A DNA stretch of 64,000 nt from the NCBI GenBank assembly GCA_009619095.1, contig WJOT01000078.1, forward strand, positions 6,232 through 70,231. The letters are read 5' to 3'. Under the pieces are notes generated by a model. That model worked only from the letters and a program-made list of their open reading frames with translations, was not told the DNA's origin and searched no databases. Below are positions 17,834 to 28,392 of this stretch, in pieces (position 1 is the stretch's first letter; the number at the start of each line of letters is the position of its first letter). Source of the DNA: Clostridia bacterium. GTDB lineage: Bacteria; UBA6262; WVXT01. Both the position numbers and the translations under genes were made by a program.

Positions 17834-18205
17834 CTACTTTAGAACGACGACCTTTACGGTCTTCGAAGATTTATCGATTTTGAGATTGACCAGGTATACT
17901 CCGTTTCCCACAACCTCGCCCTTATCATTCTTCCCATACCATTTTATAGTATCTTTCTTTTTTGTACTGTCTTCTTCCAATGTCTTTACAAGTTCTCCAT
18001 TGATTGAATAGATTCTAATAGTTGCTCCTTCTTCTTTTACTTCATAGCGTATCTCGGTATACTGATCTTGAGCGTCTGAGGCTTCTGGATTGAACGGGTT
18101 ATTCCATTCAATTCTTAGAACAATCCCATTGCCTGCTCCCAAAGGAAAAGCAAGAAGAGTAACTACCAATAGAGTGCAAAAAATGACTTTACCCAAATTT
18201 CCCAT
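17834..18205 (-). CDS. T9SS-CTD small secreted protein (duplicate copy)
   Basis: Identical to 15674-16045. Confidence 0.6.
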   Translation of the reverse strand: MGNLGKVIFCTLLVVTLLAFPLGAGNGIVLRIEWNNPFNPEASDAQDQYTEIRYEVKEEGATIRIYSINGELVKTLEEDSTKKKDTIKWYGKNDKGEVVGNGVYLVNLKIDKSSKTVKVVVLK

Positions 18206-18293
18206 TTTTTCTCACCAACCTTTCTCAAATTTCGCATTTCTGTTACGCAAAGCGGAACACCGGGGCGCTCAAGCGTCTTTTGCCCGTCGCTAG

Positions 18294-18351
18294 TAAAAAA
18301 ATGACTCTGATCCCTTTTTTTCACATAATTAAGTATTGTGTCCCCGGAATT
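18294..18351. repeat. R55 miniature repeat, copy 4 (within duplication copy B)
   Basis: Identical to 16134-16191. Confidence 0.7.
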
Positions 18352-18359
18352 AAATCAAA

Positions 18360-18446
18360 CGGAGAGAGGAGGATTCGAACCTCCGATCCCGAAATCGGGA
18401 TAGCGGTTTTCGAGACCGCCCCGTTCAACCACTCCGGCATCTCTCC
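18360..18446 (-). tRNA. tRNA-Ser (CGA), duplicate copy
   Basis: Identical to 16200-16286. Confidence 0.8.
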
Positions 18447-18452
18447 ATAGAA

Positions 18453-18899
18453 CTATTTGCCCTTAAAAAATTCGAAATGACTTTTAATTTCTGGATGGGC
18501 TTCCAAATAGTAAATCTCAAATACTCTAAACGGCACAAAGAGTATAATTCCGAGCATAATCCCGATTGCCAACTTCCCTATCTCCCAGCGCGTAATCATA
18601 AGATAGATAATATAGAGAGTTGTCAGAATCATTATCGAGTGGCTTATCTGGGCAGGCATCGTCCTGGAAGACCAATCGAAAATAAAAAATCCCCCTGCTC
18701 CATAGAATAGAAGGAAAGGGATGGAAATATTCATTAATATTTTCTTCCCAAAAATCAGAGCAAATACTACAAACATCTGGATGAGAGAAGGAATATCCGT
18801 CATAACCCAGGAAATGAAATTGTATTTAAGAAAATAGAGGAATATAAACCCCGTCCATGCAACACATATCCCATTTGCAAAAATTAAAAAAAATTTCAC
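18453..18899 (-). CDS. Hypothetical integral membrane protein (duplicate copy)
   Basis: Identical to 16293-16739. Confidence 0.45.
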   Translation of the reverse strand: MKFFLIFANGICVAWTGFIFLYFLKYNFISWVMTDIPSLIQMFVVFALIFGKKILMNISIPFLLFYGAGGFFIFDWSSRTMPAQISHSIMILTTLYIIYLMITRWEIGKLAIGIMLGIILFVPFRVFEIYYLEAHPEIKSHFEFFKGK

Positions 18900-18920
18900 T
18901 CCTGATCCCTATAAATTTAA

Positions 18921-18992
18921 AGGGCTCAGAGGGAATCGAACCCTCACACCAGGGTCCGCAACCCTGTGCTCTATCCGTTGAGCTATGAGCCC
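18921..18992 (-). tRNA. tRNA-Arg (GCG), duplicate copy
   Basis: Identical to 16761-16832. Confidence 0.7.
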
Positions 18993-19092
18993 ATGACTTT
19001 ACGCTCTGCCACTTTGGGCGACCACCCCGATACATCGGGATAAACTGCGTGTCGCCCCTACATTAACACGGAACTATTGCTCTGCTACTCCT

Positions 19093-19911
19093 TTATTTAT
19101 TTAACATTTCTTCTATTTTATCTAAAAGGACCTTCTTTCCGAATGGTTTGCTTATGAAATAGCTCGGGCCTTCTGGCTTTAAGGTCTCGTATAACTCTCT
19201 GTCTTTAACTAAACCCGAATTGAAGATTACTGGCAGATTGAGAAATTCAGGCTTCTCCCTTAACCTTTTAATACTCTTATAGCCGCTCTGCCCGGGCATA
19301 ATCACATCACAGATGATTAAGTCAGGTCTCTCTTTTTTGACTTTTTCTATCAAATCCAGCCCATCTCTAGCCAGGATTACTAGATATTTATCTTTGAGTA
19401 AACTTCCCAGTAACTCTCTCACATCCTCTTCATCATCTGCTACAACAATCTTTTTCATTGTGGCTGTAGCCTCACTTTTCTTTTTGATAGGAACTACCTT
19501 TGCAGTTTGACCACCTGGAGGGGCTACTCTGGTTTCCTTCCTTTTAAAAGGTGTCTTTCCTAAGGCTTTCTCCACTGCTGTTAAAAATTGTTCCCGAGAG
19601 AAAGGCTTGGGGAGATACTGTATAACATTCAATTCCTTCATCTGCAGGTCGAACCCGGCTATTGTGGCTATAATTATAGGGATATTTCTGGTAGCTTTAT
19701 CCTTCCGAATTTTCTTTACCATCTCGTAGCCGCTCAACCTGGGCAGAACATAATCCATCACAATTAAATCGGGTTTCTTTGATTGGACGAGTTCCAACCC
19801 CGACTCTCCATCTCTGGCTTCGATAAATTCAACATTGAATCTTCTCAAATGGACCTTCACTAAGAACCTTGCATCAATATCACTATCTACAATAAGCACT
19901 TTCTTAGGCAT
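19093..19911 (-). CDS. Response regulator with two tandem receiver (REC) domains and no output domain
   Basis: VLIVDSDIDARFL...DLIVMDYVLPRLSGYEM and a second IVVADDEEDVRELL...DLIICDVIMPGQSGYK. Confidence 0.7.
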   Translation of the reverse strand: MPKKVLIVDSDIDARFLVKVHLRRFNVEFIEARDGESGLELVQSKKPDLIVMDYVLPRLSGYEMVKKIRKDKATRNIPIIIATIAGFDLQMKELNVIQYLPKPFSREQFLTAVEKALGKTPFKRKETRVAPPGGQTAKVVPIKKKSEATATMKKIVVADDEEDVRELLGSLLKDKYLVILARDGLDLIEKVKKERPDLIICDVIMPGQSGYKSIKRLREKPEFLNLPVIFNSGLVKDRELYETLKPEGPSYFISKPFGKKVLLDKIEEMLNK

Positions 19912-19922
19912 CTTTCTAACCT

Positions 19923-21350
19923 CTAAAGGACACTTATTAAAATAATTGCCATTAAACCTATGGTAATCGCAATCCCTGGCCCACCCCAGAAGCTTCTCTT
20001 CTTTGGATGGACTGCTTCTATTTTTCTCTTTACTATAGCTACATTGCCCTTTTCATCTTCAGATTGAACAGTAATTATGTTTTTTCCCAAGGTTAAATGT
20101 ACTACAGTGAAAAATTTTCCTTCCTCATCGACGTATATGCGTTTATCATTCACTCTTACTATGCAACCTTCATCTGTCCTGCCCTTCACTTTAACAAATT
20201 CATCTGGGATTTTTTCCCTTTCTTGGGGAGAAGACACCTCTAACCCGGGAGGAGTAGTAACAACTGTAAAACTTCTGACTGGAGAATATTTGCTCTCGAA
20301 CTCGTCTTCATAAACATAAGAGATTCTCCAGAAATATTCGCCATCGGGAAGTTTCCTCCTCTGGTACTCTGCGATACTTTTCAATCTCTTATCTTCGACG
20401 ATATCCATAAATTCGGGGTCAGAAGCGACCTGAAGATGGAGATATTTTATCCCCAGTCTTCTCTTCTTTTCAGAGAAATCGAGCCCGACAAGAGTCTCCT
20501 CCAAATTAATCTCTTCTTCTACCACTTCCTGTTCACCTAACTCAGGAGCAGCTGGTTTCTTTGCCAGCTCCTCCTTAGCCTGGTCCAGGTCAGGCGGGGG
20601 CGGCAGGGCGATAGGTTTTTCCGGAGCGTAATCCAATTTTGCCTGAGACATAAATCCTTCAGGAATTGTCACTCTCTCTCCCTGGGATATGAGGTCTACT
20701 TTTCCCTTGTAAACAGATACCAGGGTCGTCTTGTCCTTCTTTATCTTTGTCTTGAAGTCGGGTTTGGCGAGCGTAGGTGAGATTTGGGGTTCAACTATTG
20801 CAGAAGCAGTGAGAACCTTTGCCTCTGATGCTCTCAACTCTCCGGAAAGTAACTCCACTGTCTCCTCTTTCTCTTCCGGTCTAAGAATAACCAGTGAGTT
20901 CTCCCCTAACCTGATGATCTCGCCTTTTATAAATTTTATATGAGCGAGAGAGTCAGAAAGAGTTCTGATTCCATCTTCAGAGAAGAGCCTCATACGGAGA
21001 ACCGCCCTCTCCCATTCTGATTCTCCTCTTTTCCGGGTACGCACCTTGTTTCTTATACGGATTATGTCAGCAATCTCATCTTTCAGTAAGCCGACGGGGA
21101 CCTTGATTTTCATTGCCGGAAGAATGAGGTGGGGATTTTTGACCAACTCTTTATTATATTTGTAAATCTCTGGCCACCGTGATGGGTCTCGTAGATATAT
21201 CTCAGCAAACTTGTGTAGTGTATCTCCCTTCTTTACAGTCACTTCGATAAGCTCGACCCTCTCCTCCTGAGCTTGAGATAGGAGAAAGAGAGACAGAATA
21301 GCCATAAAAGTGATAATTAGAATGGTTGCCTTCTTCCCCATCAACCACAT
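19923..21350 (-). CDS. LysM-domain protein with a signal peptide and a C-terminal TM anchor
   Basis: LysM region VTVKKGDTLHKFAEIYLRDPSRWPEIYKYNKELVKNPHLILPAMKIKVP. C-terminus GPGIAITIGLMAIILISVL. Confidence 0.5.
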   Translation of the reverse strand: MWLMGKKATILIITFMAILSLFLLSQAQEERVELIEVTVKKGDTLHKFAEIYLRDPSRWPEIYKYNKELVKNPHLILPAMKIKVPVGLLKDEIADIIRIRNKVRTRKRGESEWERAVLRMRLFSEDGIRTLSDSLAHIKFIKGEIIRLGENSLVILRPEEKEETVELLSGELRASEAKVLTASAIVEPQISPTLAKPDFKTKIKKDKTTLVSVYKGKVDLISQGERVTIPEGFMSQAKLDYAPEKPIALPPPPDLDQAKEELAKKPAAPELGEQEVVEEEINLEETLVGLDFSEKKRRLGIKYLHLQVASDPEFMDIVEDKRLKSIAEYQRRKLPDGEYFWRISYVYEDEFESKYSPVRSFTVVTTPPGLEVSSPQEREKIPDEFVKVKGRTDEGCIVRVNDKRIYVDEEGKFFTVVHLTLGKNIITVQSEDEKGNVAIVKRKIEAVHPKKRSFWGGPGIAITIGLMAIILISVL

Positions 21351-23491
21351 ACGATTTCTCCTTTTTTACTCTTTACCAACTTTTTGGGAAGCCAGAAAGA
21401 GAACCTGCTTCCCTTTCCCATTTCCGACTCCACCCAGATTTTTCCTAAATGGGCTTCTACTCCATGTTTGGCGATAGTTAGCCCTAAACCAGTCCCCCTC
21501 CTCTTTTCTTCCTTCCCGATTCCAACCTGCTGAAATTTGTCAAATACCGTGTCTAAATAGTCTGGAGGAATGCCCATCCCGGTATCAGCGACTGTAATTT
21601 GAATCCTATCCGGGAAGTCTTGTCCAATTATATCCACGCTCCCTTCAGAAGGAGTAAACTTTATGGCATTGGAGACCAGATTCATAATTACCCGCTCCAT
21701 CAGGTCACTGTCAGCCCGAATTTTGGGAAAGGTATCAAATCCCTGACTGGATAATTTCACCTCTGATTTTACTGCCTGTGGTTCCATTATCTTGATGATC
21801 CTTTCAACGGTCTCCTTTGGGTCGAAGTGTCTAAGAGTAAGTTTCATCCTACCGGTTTCTAACTTTGCCACATCTAAAATGTTATTGATCATGTCCAGAA
21901 GTTTCCGGCTGGAAGCATCTATTATTTTCAAAAATTCCTTCTGCTCTTCATTTATTTCGCCAGCCGAGCCATCAAGCAGAACCTCCGCGAACCCACGAAT
22001 GGAAGTCATTGGGCTTCTGAGGTCATGAGTTATGGAATGGACAAAATCATCTTTCATCTTTTCTATCTCTTTCTCCAGAGTAATGTCGTGGAGCACTGTA
22101 ACCACACCCAGATTCTTTCCTTTCTCAGTCTTTACGATATTGGTGCCTGTCTTTATGAACTTCCGGTAAGGACCCTGAGAGAGGTCGATCTCCCTCACTA
22201 CAGTCTTCTCTTTCTGCTCTATTATCTCATGAAGGCTCTGGGCAATCCTCTTGTCTCCAATGTAATCTATCAAATCTTTGCCCAGCACCTCTTCTCCGCT
22301 AACTTGAAGCATTTCCCGGGCCTGCTTGTTCATAAGAGATATCCTGCCAGAAAAATCTGTCATCACAATTCCATCGGCAATACTGTAGATGACTGCTTCT
22401 GTCTTGGTCTTCTCGGCAATTATCCTGTCAATCTGCAGGTCATTATATTCCTTCAATTTCTGGGTCATTAAATTGAAGGTATCGGCTAGAGTTAAAAGTT
22501 CATCGTGAGTCTCCACCACAACTTTATGGGTAAAATCGCCTTCGGCTACCTTTCCCGCACCCACAATTAATTTGAGGATGGGACGGCTCAATCCCCGGGC
22601 AGTAAGAAACCCCACCAGGGCTGCTCCAAAGATGGACACAATTATCCAGAGGATGGCGTTCTGCTTCATTTTTATTGCCGAGATATAGGCATCATTTTTT
22701 GCCTGCTGCACAATCATCCCCCAGCCTAACCTCTTCACTGGAGCATAAGCACCAACCATCTCCACTCCCCTCTCGTCAGTGAACTCCTTGCTTCCCAGAG
22801 TCTTGCCAGAAAGGACCTCCTGGACAATAGCCAACTGAGTGGCATCCTCAAAGTTCTTAGCCCTCTTTTTCTGGGGGTGAGCTATAATTTTCCCTTCCTT
22901 ATTTACAAGAAAGGCAAAACCAGTCCTTCCGATCATTGTACTGTAAATCTTATGCCAGAGCTTGTTCACCGTGACCACAATGTAAATGACCTGCCCTCCC
23001 ACCATAGGATAAGCCACGTTCAACCTGGGATCGTCTCCTACGTAGTAGAGAGAACCGATATCATGACTGCCTCGAAGCGCTTTAATAAATAACTTATCTT
23101 CCCTCAGATTAAGTAGCCTTGGTTTCCTTTCCAGCCTGGGGTTATAGACTTTTATTATCTCCGTTCCTTTACTATTCACGATAGAAATAGTAACGAAATC
23201 CTCGCTTGTCTCCAAAAGAGATTTCAGCACAACTCTCTTTTCTGACCAGGACATTTCTGCAATCTTCAGAGAAGTGATTATAAATGATAGTTTCCCTCTT
23301 AGATTATCTATGTAATCGTCAATCCTCTCCGCCAACGACTGAGCCAGATGGGTATGGAGCTCTAAAATAGAATCCTGAAGAGCCACCCTATTGATATTAA
23401 TCATCCTCAGTCCCACAATGGAGAGCGGAAGGACAGCAAGAACGACCATAATAAGGATAAATTTATGGAATAGTCTAATTTTTATTGCCAT
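21341..23491 (-). CDS. Sensor histidine kinase (TM, Cache-like, HAMP, PAS, HisKA, HATPase_c)
   Basis: H-box HDLRSPMTSIRGFAEVL. N and G boxes NLVSNAIKFT, DTGMGIP, GTGLGLTIAK. Confidence 0.8.
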   Translation of the reverse strand: MAIKIRLFHKFILIMVVLAVLPLSIVGLRMININRVALQDSILELHTHLAQSLAERIDDYIDNLRGKLSFIITSLKIAEMSWSEKRVVLKSLLETSEDFVTISIVNSKGTEIIKVYNPRLERKPRLLNLREDKLFIKALRGSHDIGSLYYVGDDPRLNVAYPMVGGQVIYIVVTVNKLWHKIYSTMIGRTGFAFLVNKEGKIIAHPQKKRAKNFEDATQLAIVQEVLSGKTLGSKEFTDERGVEMVGAYAPVKRLGWGMIVQQAKNDAYISAIKMKQNAILWIIVSIFGAALVGFLTARGLSRPILKLIVGAGKVAEGDFTHKVVVETHDELLTLADTFNLMTQKLKEYNDLQIDRIIAEKTKTEAVIYSIADGIVMTDFSGRISLMNKQAREMLQVSGEEVLGKDLIDYIGDKRIAQSLHEIIEQKEKTVVREIDLSQGPYRKFIKTGTNIVKTEKGKNLGVVTVLHDITLEKEIEKMKDDFVHSITHDLRSPMTSIRGFAEVLLDGSAGEINEEQKEFLKIIDASSRKLLDMINNILDVAKLETGRMKLTLRHFDPKETVERIIKIMEPQAVKSEVKLSSQGFDTFPKIRADSDLMERVIMNLVSNAIKFTPSEGSVDIIGQDFPDRIQITVADTGMGIPPDYLDTVFDKFQQVGIGKEEKRRGTGLGLTIAKHGVEAHLGKIWVESEMGKGSRFSFWLPKKLVKSKKGEIVCG

Positions 23492-23572
23492 TTCACCAGT
23501 AATTATACCTCAAATTCCTCCGAATATCAACCCGTGATATCAGGTAGGGGTTGATGGCTTTGTCAGCCCATT

Positions 23573-24265
23573 TCACGGACAGACACGGCGGTCTGTCCCT
23601 ACAGGAGGTTTATGAAGGAGAACTATCACCTCGCCTTTTATTTTTCTTCCCTTAAGTAGAGTCAATACCTGGTCAATACTTCCCCTGATGACTTCTTCAA
23701 ACTTTTTCGTTAATTCCCGGGCGACAACTACATTCACCTCTCCAAAATTTTCTTTGACCACTTCCAGAGTGGCCATTATCCTGTTTGGCGATTCATAAAA
23801 AATAACTGTCTTTTCGAAATTAAATAGTTCTCTCAGTCGTTTTGTTAACTTTCCTTTCTTACGGGGTAAAAAGCCCGTAAAAATGAATCCATCAGTGGGC
23901 AGGCCTGCGACTACCAGTGCGGATATAGCAGCACAGGGGCCGGGAATTGACTGGACGGTAATTCCTTTCTCTATCGCCCTCTTTATGAGAGGGTAGCCAG
24001 GATCAGAAATTCCGGGAGTTCCTGCTTCTGATACTAAAGCCACATTTTTACCTTTGTTCAGGGTGTCAATTAGATAATCTGCTTTTCTTTCTCGGCCGTA
24101 ATAGCTGGTGAGGGGGGTGTGAATACCATAATGACTTAATAATTTTCTGGTCTTTCTTGTATCTTCAGCTGCAATTAAATCGACTTCCTTAAGAATACGC
24201 AGTGCTCTCAAGGTTACATCTTCCAGATTACCAATGGGAGTAGCCACAACATAAAGTATACCCAT
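23573..24265 (-). CDS. rsmI: 16S rRNA (cytidine1402-2'-O)-methyltransferase
   Basis: MGILYVVATPIGNLEDVTLRALRILKEVDLIAAEDTR, the tetrapyrrole-methylase-fold RsmI signature. Confidence 0.8.
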   Translation of the reverse strand: MGILYVVATPIGNLEDVTLRALRILKEVDLIAAEDTRKTRKLLSHYGIHTPLTSYYGRERKADYLIDTLNKGKNVALVSEAGTPGISDPGYPLIKRAIEKGITVQSIPGPCAAISALVVAGLPTDGFIFTGFLPRKKGKLTKRLRELFNFEKTVIFYESPNRIMATLEVVKENFGEVNVVVARELTKKFEEVIRGSIDQVLTLLKGRKIKGEVIVLLHKPPVGTDRRVCP

Positions 24266-24270
24266 AATTC

Positions 24271-25101
24271 TTACCCTATCTTAGCAACTGGTGGCAGCCT
24301 CCTTTTGTGTTTTGAATTCTTAACAAAATTTTTAACTCTCTCGACATTTTCTATGGAAAAGCCAAGAGTTAGTAATTTCTTAATACTATGTTTTTTCTCC
24401 AATATACAATATAATATTTTATCCAGCTCCTCGTAATTGATTCCCAGTTCTCCTTCATCAGTCTGCCCCGGCCATAATCCCGCCGATGGACGCCTTCTTA
24501 TGATTGACTGGGGAACCCCGAGATATTTCGCCAGTTGCCTCACCTGAGTCTTGTAAAGGTCGCCCAGTGGTTCCAGGTCGACTCCTCCGTCGCCATATTT
24601 GGTAAAATAGCCCATGCTTAGTTCTGTCTTATTGCTCGTCCCCAGTACCAAACCCCTCAAAACTAATGCCCAGTCGTAAAGGATGGACATCCTCTCCCGC
24701 GCCATCTTATTTCCCCTCCTCAAATATTCCAATGCTTTAACCTGTGAGCCCTCACTTCCCAGGATAGCAGAATGAGAAATTCTTCTATAAGAAAATTTCC
24801 TGAAATATTCTTCAATCATAGGGTCAATCCTAATTATCTGTGAATTTATCCCCAGCTTTCTGGCAATAAGCCGGGCATGCTTTACATTCTCCGACTGATA
24901 AGATTTATAAGGCAGAATCAAGGCATACACATTATGAGGGTCTCCAAGCGCCTCCACCGCCAGGTAAGCAACGACTGTTGAATCGAGCCCGCCAGAAAGG
25001 CCTAAGACCGCTCGCTGGAATCCACTATTCTCTATTCTCTTTCTAATAAATTCTACTAAAACTCTCTTTACTCGTTCGCAGTTAATTGCCGGGTTTTCCA
25101 C
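24271..25101 (-). CDS. nadE: NH3-dependent NAD+ synthetase
   Basis: P-loop LGLSGGLDSTVVAYLA and NadE core. Confidence 0.85.
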   Translation of the reverse strand: MENPAINCERVKRVLVEFIRKRIENSGFQRAVLGLSGGLDSTVVAYLAVEALGDPHNVYALILPYKSYQSENVKHARLIARKLGINSQIIRIDPMIEEYFRKFSYRRISHSAILGSEGSQVKALEYLRRGNKMARERMSILYDWALVLRGLVLGTSNKTELSMGYFTKYGDGGVDLEPLGDLYKTQVRQLAKYLGVPQSIIRRRPSAGLWPGQTDEGELGINYEELDKILYCILEKKHSIKKLLTLGFSIENVERVKNFVKNSKHKRRLPPVAKIG

Positions 25102-26340
25102 TTACAGACCTTCCTTTTCCAGTTCTCCTTTGTCCCGTAGTCTCAAGAAAGCTTTAATCACCTGGGGATCGAATCTTTTTCCGCTCTCTTTCTCCAATTC
25201 TTTTCTAGCCTCTTCCTTGGTCAACGCTTTGCGGTAAGGTCGATCGGAAGTCATGGCATCGAAAGCATCAGCAACACTAATGATTCTCGCACCTAAGGGA
25301 ATTGCTTCGCCCCTCAATCCCTCCAGATAGCCCTTGCCGTCAAAACGTTCATGATGGTAAAGAATTAATGGAGCAATTCCGTTTAAGAATTTGACAGGAG
25401 TTATGATGCTTTCCCCAATTAGCGGATGCATTTTGACAATCTCGTATTCTGTCCCCGAGAGTTTACCTTTTTTCGTCAGGATTGCTTCCTGAATACCAAT
25501 CTTTCCAATGTCATGAATGAGAGCAGAATACTCGATATTCCTAACTGCGCTCTCGGAGAGGTTCATCTCTTTGGCAATCTTCACCGCATACCGGGTCACT
25601 CTATCCGAATGGCCTCTAGTATGGGGGTCTTTGGCATCAATGGCTCGAGCAAGAGTCTGAATTGTTCCCAGATAGGTGTCTTGCATATGTTTATAAAGCT
25701 CTGCATTTTCAATAGTCCTTGCTGATTGGTCGGCTAAAATGTTTATTAGCCTCAAGTCTTTTTCATCAAACTTCTGTTTCGACTCTTTGTTGTTTACATT
25801 TAAAACGCCAATTACCCTGTTTTTAACTTTGAGAGGAACGGACACAAAAGACTTAGAGGTATATTTTTCATTACTCTCCCTTAAAAAACGCTTATCAGTT
25901 TCTATATTTTCACAAAGAATCGGCTCTCCCTCCTCAGCCACTTTCCCGGCAATGCCTTTTCCAATGGGAATATGGATGTTCTTCACTAATTCCTCAGGCA
26001 GACCTCTTGCTGCTACAATCTCCAGCGTGTTTGTCTCCTTGTCTATCAACATCAGAGAGCCCATTTCCGTCCTTAAAAGTCTAGTTGCGTTAATGACAAT
26101 CAATTTCGCCAAGCGGTCTATTTCCACTATTCCACTGGTGGCTACGCCGAATTCATGAATTCCTAAGAGGAAGGACAGGAGGATTTCCAGGTCTTCTACA
26201 CGCTCTTCTATCTCATCTTCTGCCTCCTTCAACATGACTCGTAACTTTCTTTCTTTGCTATATTTTCCGACTAGATAAATTATGGCAACAACTAAAACCA
26301 GAATTGTTGCCAGTGTTAAAAAAAATTCCATCCCATCCAC
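25102..26340 (-). CDS. HD-GYP c-di-GMP phosphodiesterase with an N-terminal TM and GAF domain
   Basis: HTRGHSDRVTRYAVKIA...HDIGKIGI...HHERFDGKGYLEGL. Confidence 0.8.
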   Translation of the reverse strand: MDGMEFFLTLATILVLVVAIIYLVGKYSKERKLRVMLKEAEDEIEERVEDLEILLSFLLGIHEFGVATSGIVEIDRLAKLIVINATRLLRTEMGSLMLIDKETNTLEIVAARGLPEELVKNIHIPIGKGIAGKVAEEGEPILCENIETDKRFLRESNEKYTSKSFVSVPLKVKNRVIGVLNVNNKESKQKFDEKDLRLINILADQSARTIENAELYKHMQDTYLGTIQTLARAIDAKDPHTRGHSDRVTRYAVKIAKEMNLSESAVRNIEYSALIHDIGKIGIQEAILTKKGKLSGTEYEIVKMHPLIGESIITPVKFLNGIAPLILYHHERFDGKGYLEGLRGEAIPLGARIISVADAFDAMTSDRPYRKALTKEEARKELEKESGKRFDPQVIKAFLRLRDKGELEKEGL

Positions 26341-26346
26341 CTATCT

Positions 26347-26967
26347 CTAATGTCTTCTTACTATATCCTTGATCTTCATCAGTCTGACAAGATTGCTTCT
26401 TTCCAGTTCCTCCAGCTTCATGCTAATATAACTGATAGTTTCAAATATATTGGGAATCAATATATGCTCTAAGGCATTGACTCTCCGTCGTGTCCTCTCG
26501 ATCTCATAAGAGAGCATTTCTAACTCTCTCTCCTTTTCCGCAAGTTCCACCATCTTTGGTATTAGTTCCCTATACCTTTTCAATGCCCTGTCCAGCTCCA
26601 TAGAGGTAGTAAGAAGTCCGTAAGAAAAGTAGTCGCCCTCTATGTTAAGTCTATATCTGGGAATCCTGAGATTCATAAGGGGAACATAGGTGACTTCAAG
26701 ATTAGTCTCCAGCTGACTGAACATCAATGCTTCATCTAAAAACTCTCTTCCCATAGTCAACCTGGCAATAAGGAAAGACCCATAGGCCTGGAACAATTCT
26801 ATCTCAACTGTCAGGCGAAGTTCCTTAATCTCCTCTATCAGAGATAAGAAATTACGCATCAGTTCATCCTGTTTATCCTTAAGCAATCTGTGTCCTCGAC
26901 GGGCAAGGATTAACCTTTTCTTCAATTTCAAAAGCTCCATCCTTGTGGGATTAACAGCAAGCCTCAT
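26347..26967 (-). CDS. ntpD: V-type ATP synthase subunit D
   Basis: MRLAVNPTRMELLKLKKRLILARRGHRLLKDKQDEL. Confidence 0.85.
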   Translation of the reverse strand: MRLAVNPTRMELLKLKKRLILARRGHRLLKDKQDELMRNFLSLIEEIKELRLTVEIELFQAYGSFLIARLTMGREFLDEALMFSQLETNLEVTYVPLMNLRIPRYRLNIEGDYFSYGLLTTSMELDRALKRYRELIPKMVELAEKERELEMLSYEIERTRRRVNALEHILIPNIFETISYISMKLEELERSNLVRLMKIKDIVRRH

Positions 26968-26969
26968 AG

Positions 26970-28370
26970 TTACTTCCTTTCAACTCTTTCCATATACTTC
27001 TGTATCTCTTCTTCCTTCACCCTCTTCAGTTCTTCCCTGGGTAACATTTTGAGAAGCTCCCAGCCAATATCCAGGGTCTTCTCCAAACTCCTCTCCTCAT
27101 ATTCTCCCTGAGTAACAAACTTTTTCTCATATTCATCAGCAAATTGAGAGAATTTCTTATCTGTTTCTGAGAGAGCAGCCTCTCCCAGGATTATTGCCAG
27201 TTCCTTTGCCTCCTTGCCCCGGGCATAGGCAGCAAAGAGCTGAGAAGTTACATTTCCATGGTCTTCCCTTGTTTTCCCTTCTCCAATTCCCTTCTCTTTT
27301 AGCCTGGAAAGGGAGGGAAGAACATCTATTGGCGGTGAAATGCCCTTTTTGTGGAGCTCCCTCGATAAGATTATCTGCCCCTCGGTGATATAGCCTGTCA
27401 AATCGGGAATGGGATGGGTCTTGTCATCTTCGGGCATAGTTAAGATGGGTATCAAGGTAATTGAGCCTTTTTTGTCTTTTATTCTTCCTGCTCTCTCATA
27501 AATTGTTGCCAGATCAGTATACATATAACCAGGATAGCCTCTCCGTCCAGGAACCTCTTTTCTGGCAGCTGATACTTCTCGAAGAGCATCGCAATAGTTG
27601 GTCATATCGCTCAGGATTACCACCACATGCATATCCCTGCGAAAAGCCAAATATTCGGCAGCAGTCAGAGCTACCCGGGGAGTAGCCAACCTCTCAATCG
27701 CCGGGTCATCAGCAAGATTGATGAACAGCACAGCTCTCTCAATTGCTCCTGTCTTCTTGAAATCTGTAATAAAAAAATTGGCTTCTTCAAAGGTAATCCC
27801 CATTGCTCCAAAGACAACGGCAAACTTTTCCTCGATATCAGTTCCTTTACCTCGAGAAATAACCTTTGCCTGCCTGGCAATCTGTGCGGCAAGCTCATTG
27901 TGCGGAAGCCCGGAGCCTGAAAAGATTGGTAGTTTCTGACCCCTTACTAGTGTATTCATTCCATCTATTGCACAAATACCGGTTTGAATAAATTCTGAAG
28001 GGTAGTTCCGGGCATCGGGGTTGATTGGACTACCATTTATATCCTCTCTACTCTCGGCAAGTATAGCCGGCCCTCCATCAATGGGACGTCCCAATCCATC
28101 AAAAATTCTTCCCAGTATATCAATAGAGACAGGGAGCTCTACCCTTCTCTCCAGGAACCTCACCCGGGACTGGGCAAGATTTAGACCTGTGGTGCCCTCA
28201 AAGAGCTGGACGAGAACCTTGCCACCATCTACTTCCAGCACTCTTCCCCTTCTTACCTCTCCACTGACAAGAGTAATCTCCGCTATCTCATCGTATTTAA
28301 CTCCCGCAGTATCTTCAACGATAATCAAAGGTCCGGCAATACTGGAAACTGTAAGATACTCCCTTTGCAT
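26970..28370 (-). CDS. ntpB: V-type ATP synthase subunit B
   Basis: 466 aa with a regulatory B-subunit core ([18 protein letters not shown]) and no complete P-loop. Confidence 0.9.
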   Translation of the reverse strand: MQREYLTVSSIAGPLIIVEDTAGVKYDEIAEITLVSGEVRRGRVLEVDGGKVLVQLFEGTTGLNLAQSRVRFLERRVELPVSIDILGRIFDGLGRPIDGGPAILAESREDINGSPINPDARNYPSEFIQTGICAIDGMNTLVRGQKLPIFSGSGLPHNELAAQIARQAKVISRGKGTDIEEKFAVVFGAMGITFEEANFFITDFKKTGAIERAVLFINLADDPAIERLATPRVALTAAEYLAFRRDMHVVVILSDMTNYCDALREVSAARKEVPGRRGYPGYMYTDLATIYERAGRIKDKKGSITLIPILTMPEDDKTHPIPDLTGYITEGQIILSRELHKKGISPPIDVLPSLSRLKEKGIGEGKTREDHGNVTSQLFAAYARGKEAKELAIILGEAALSETDKKFSQFADEYEKKFVTQGEYEERSLEKTLDIGWELLKMLPREELKRVKEEEIQKYMERVERK

Positions 28371-28392
28371 TGGAATCCTCTATCCTTTCTAT

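Larger units (their letters stand above)
17315..19474. repeat. 2160-bp tandem duplication, copy B
   Basis: See copy A. Confidence 0.9.
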
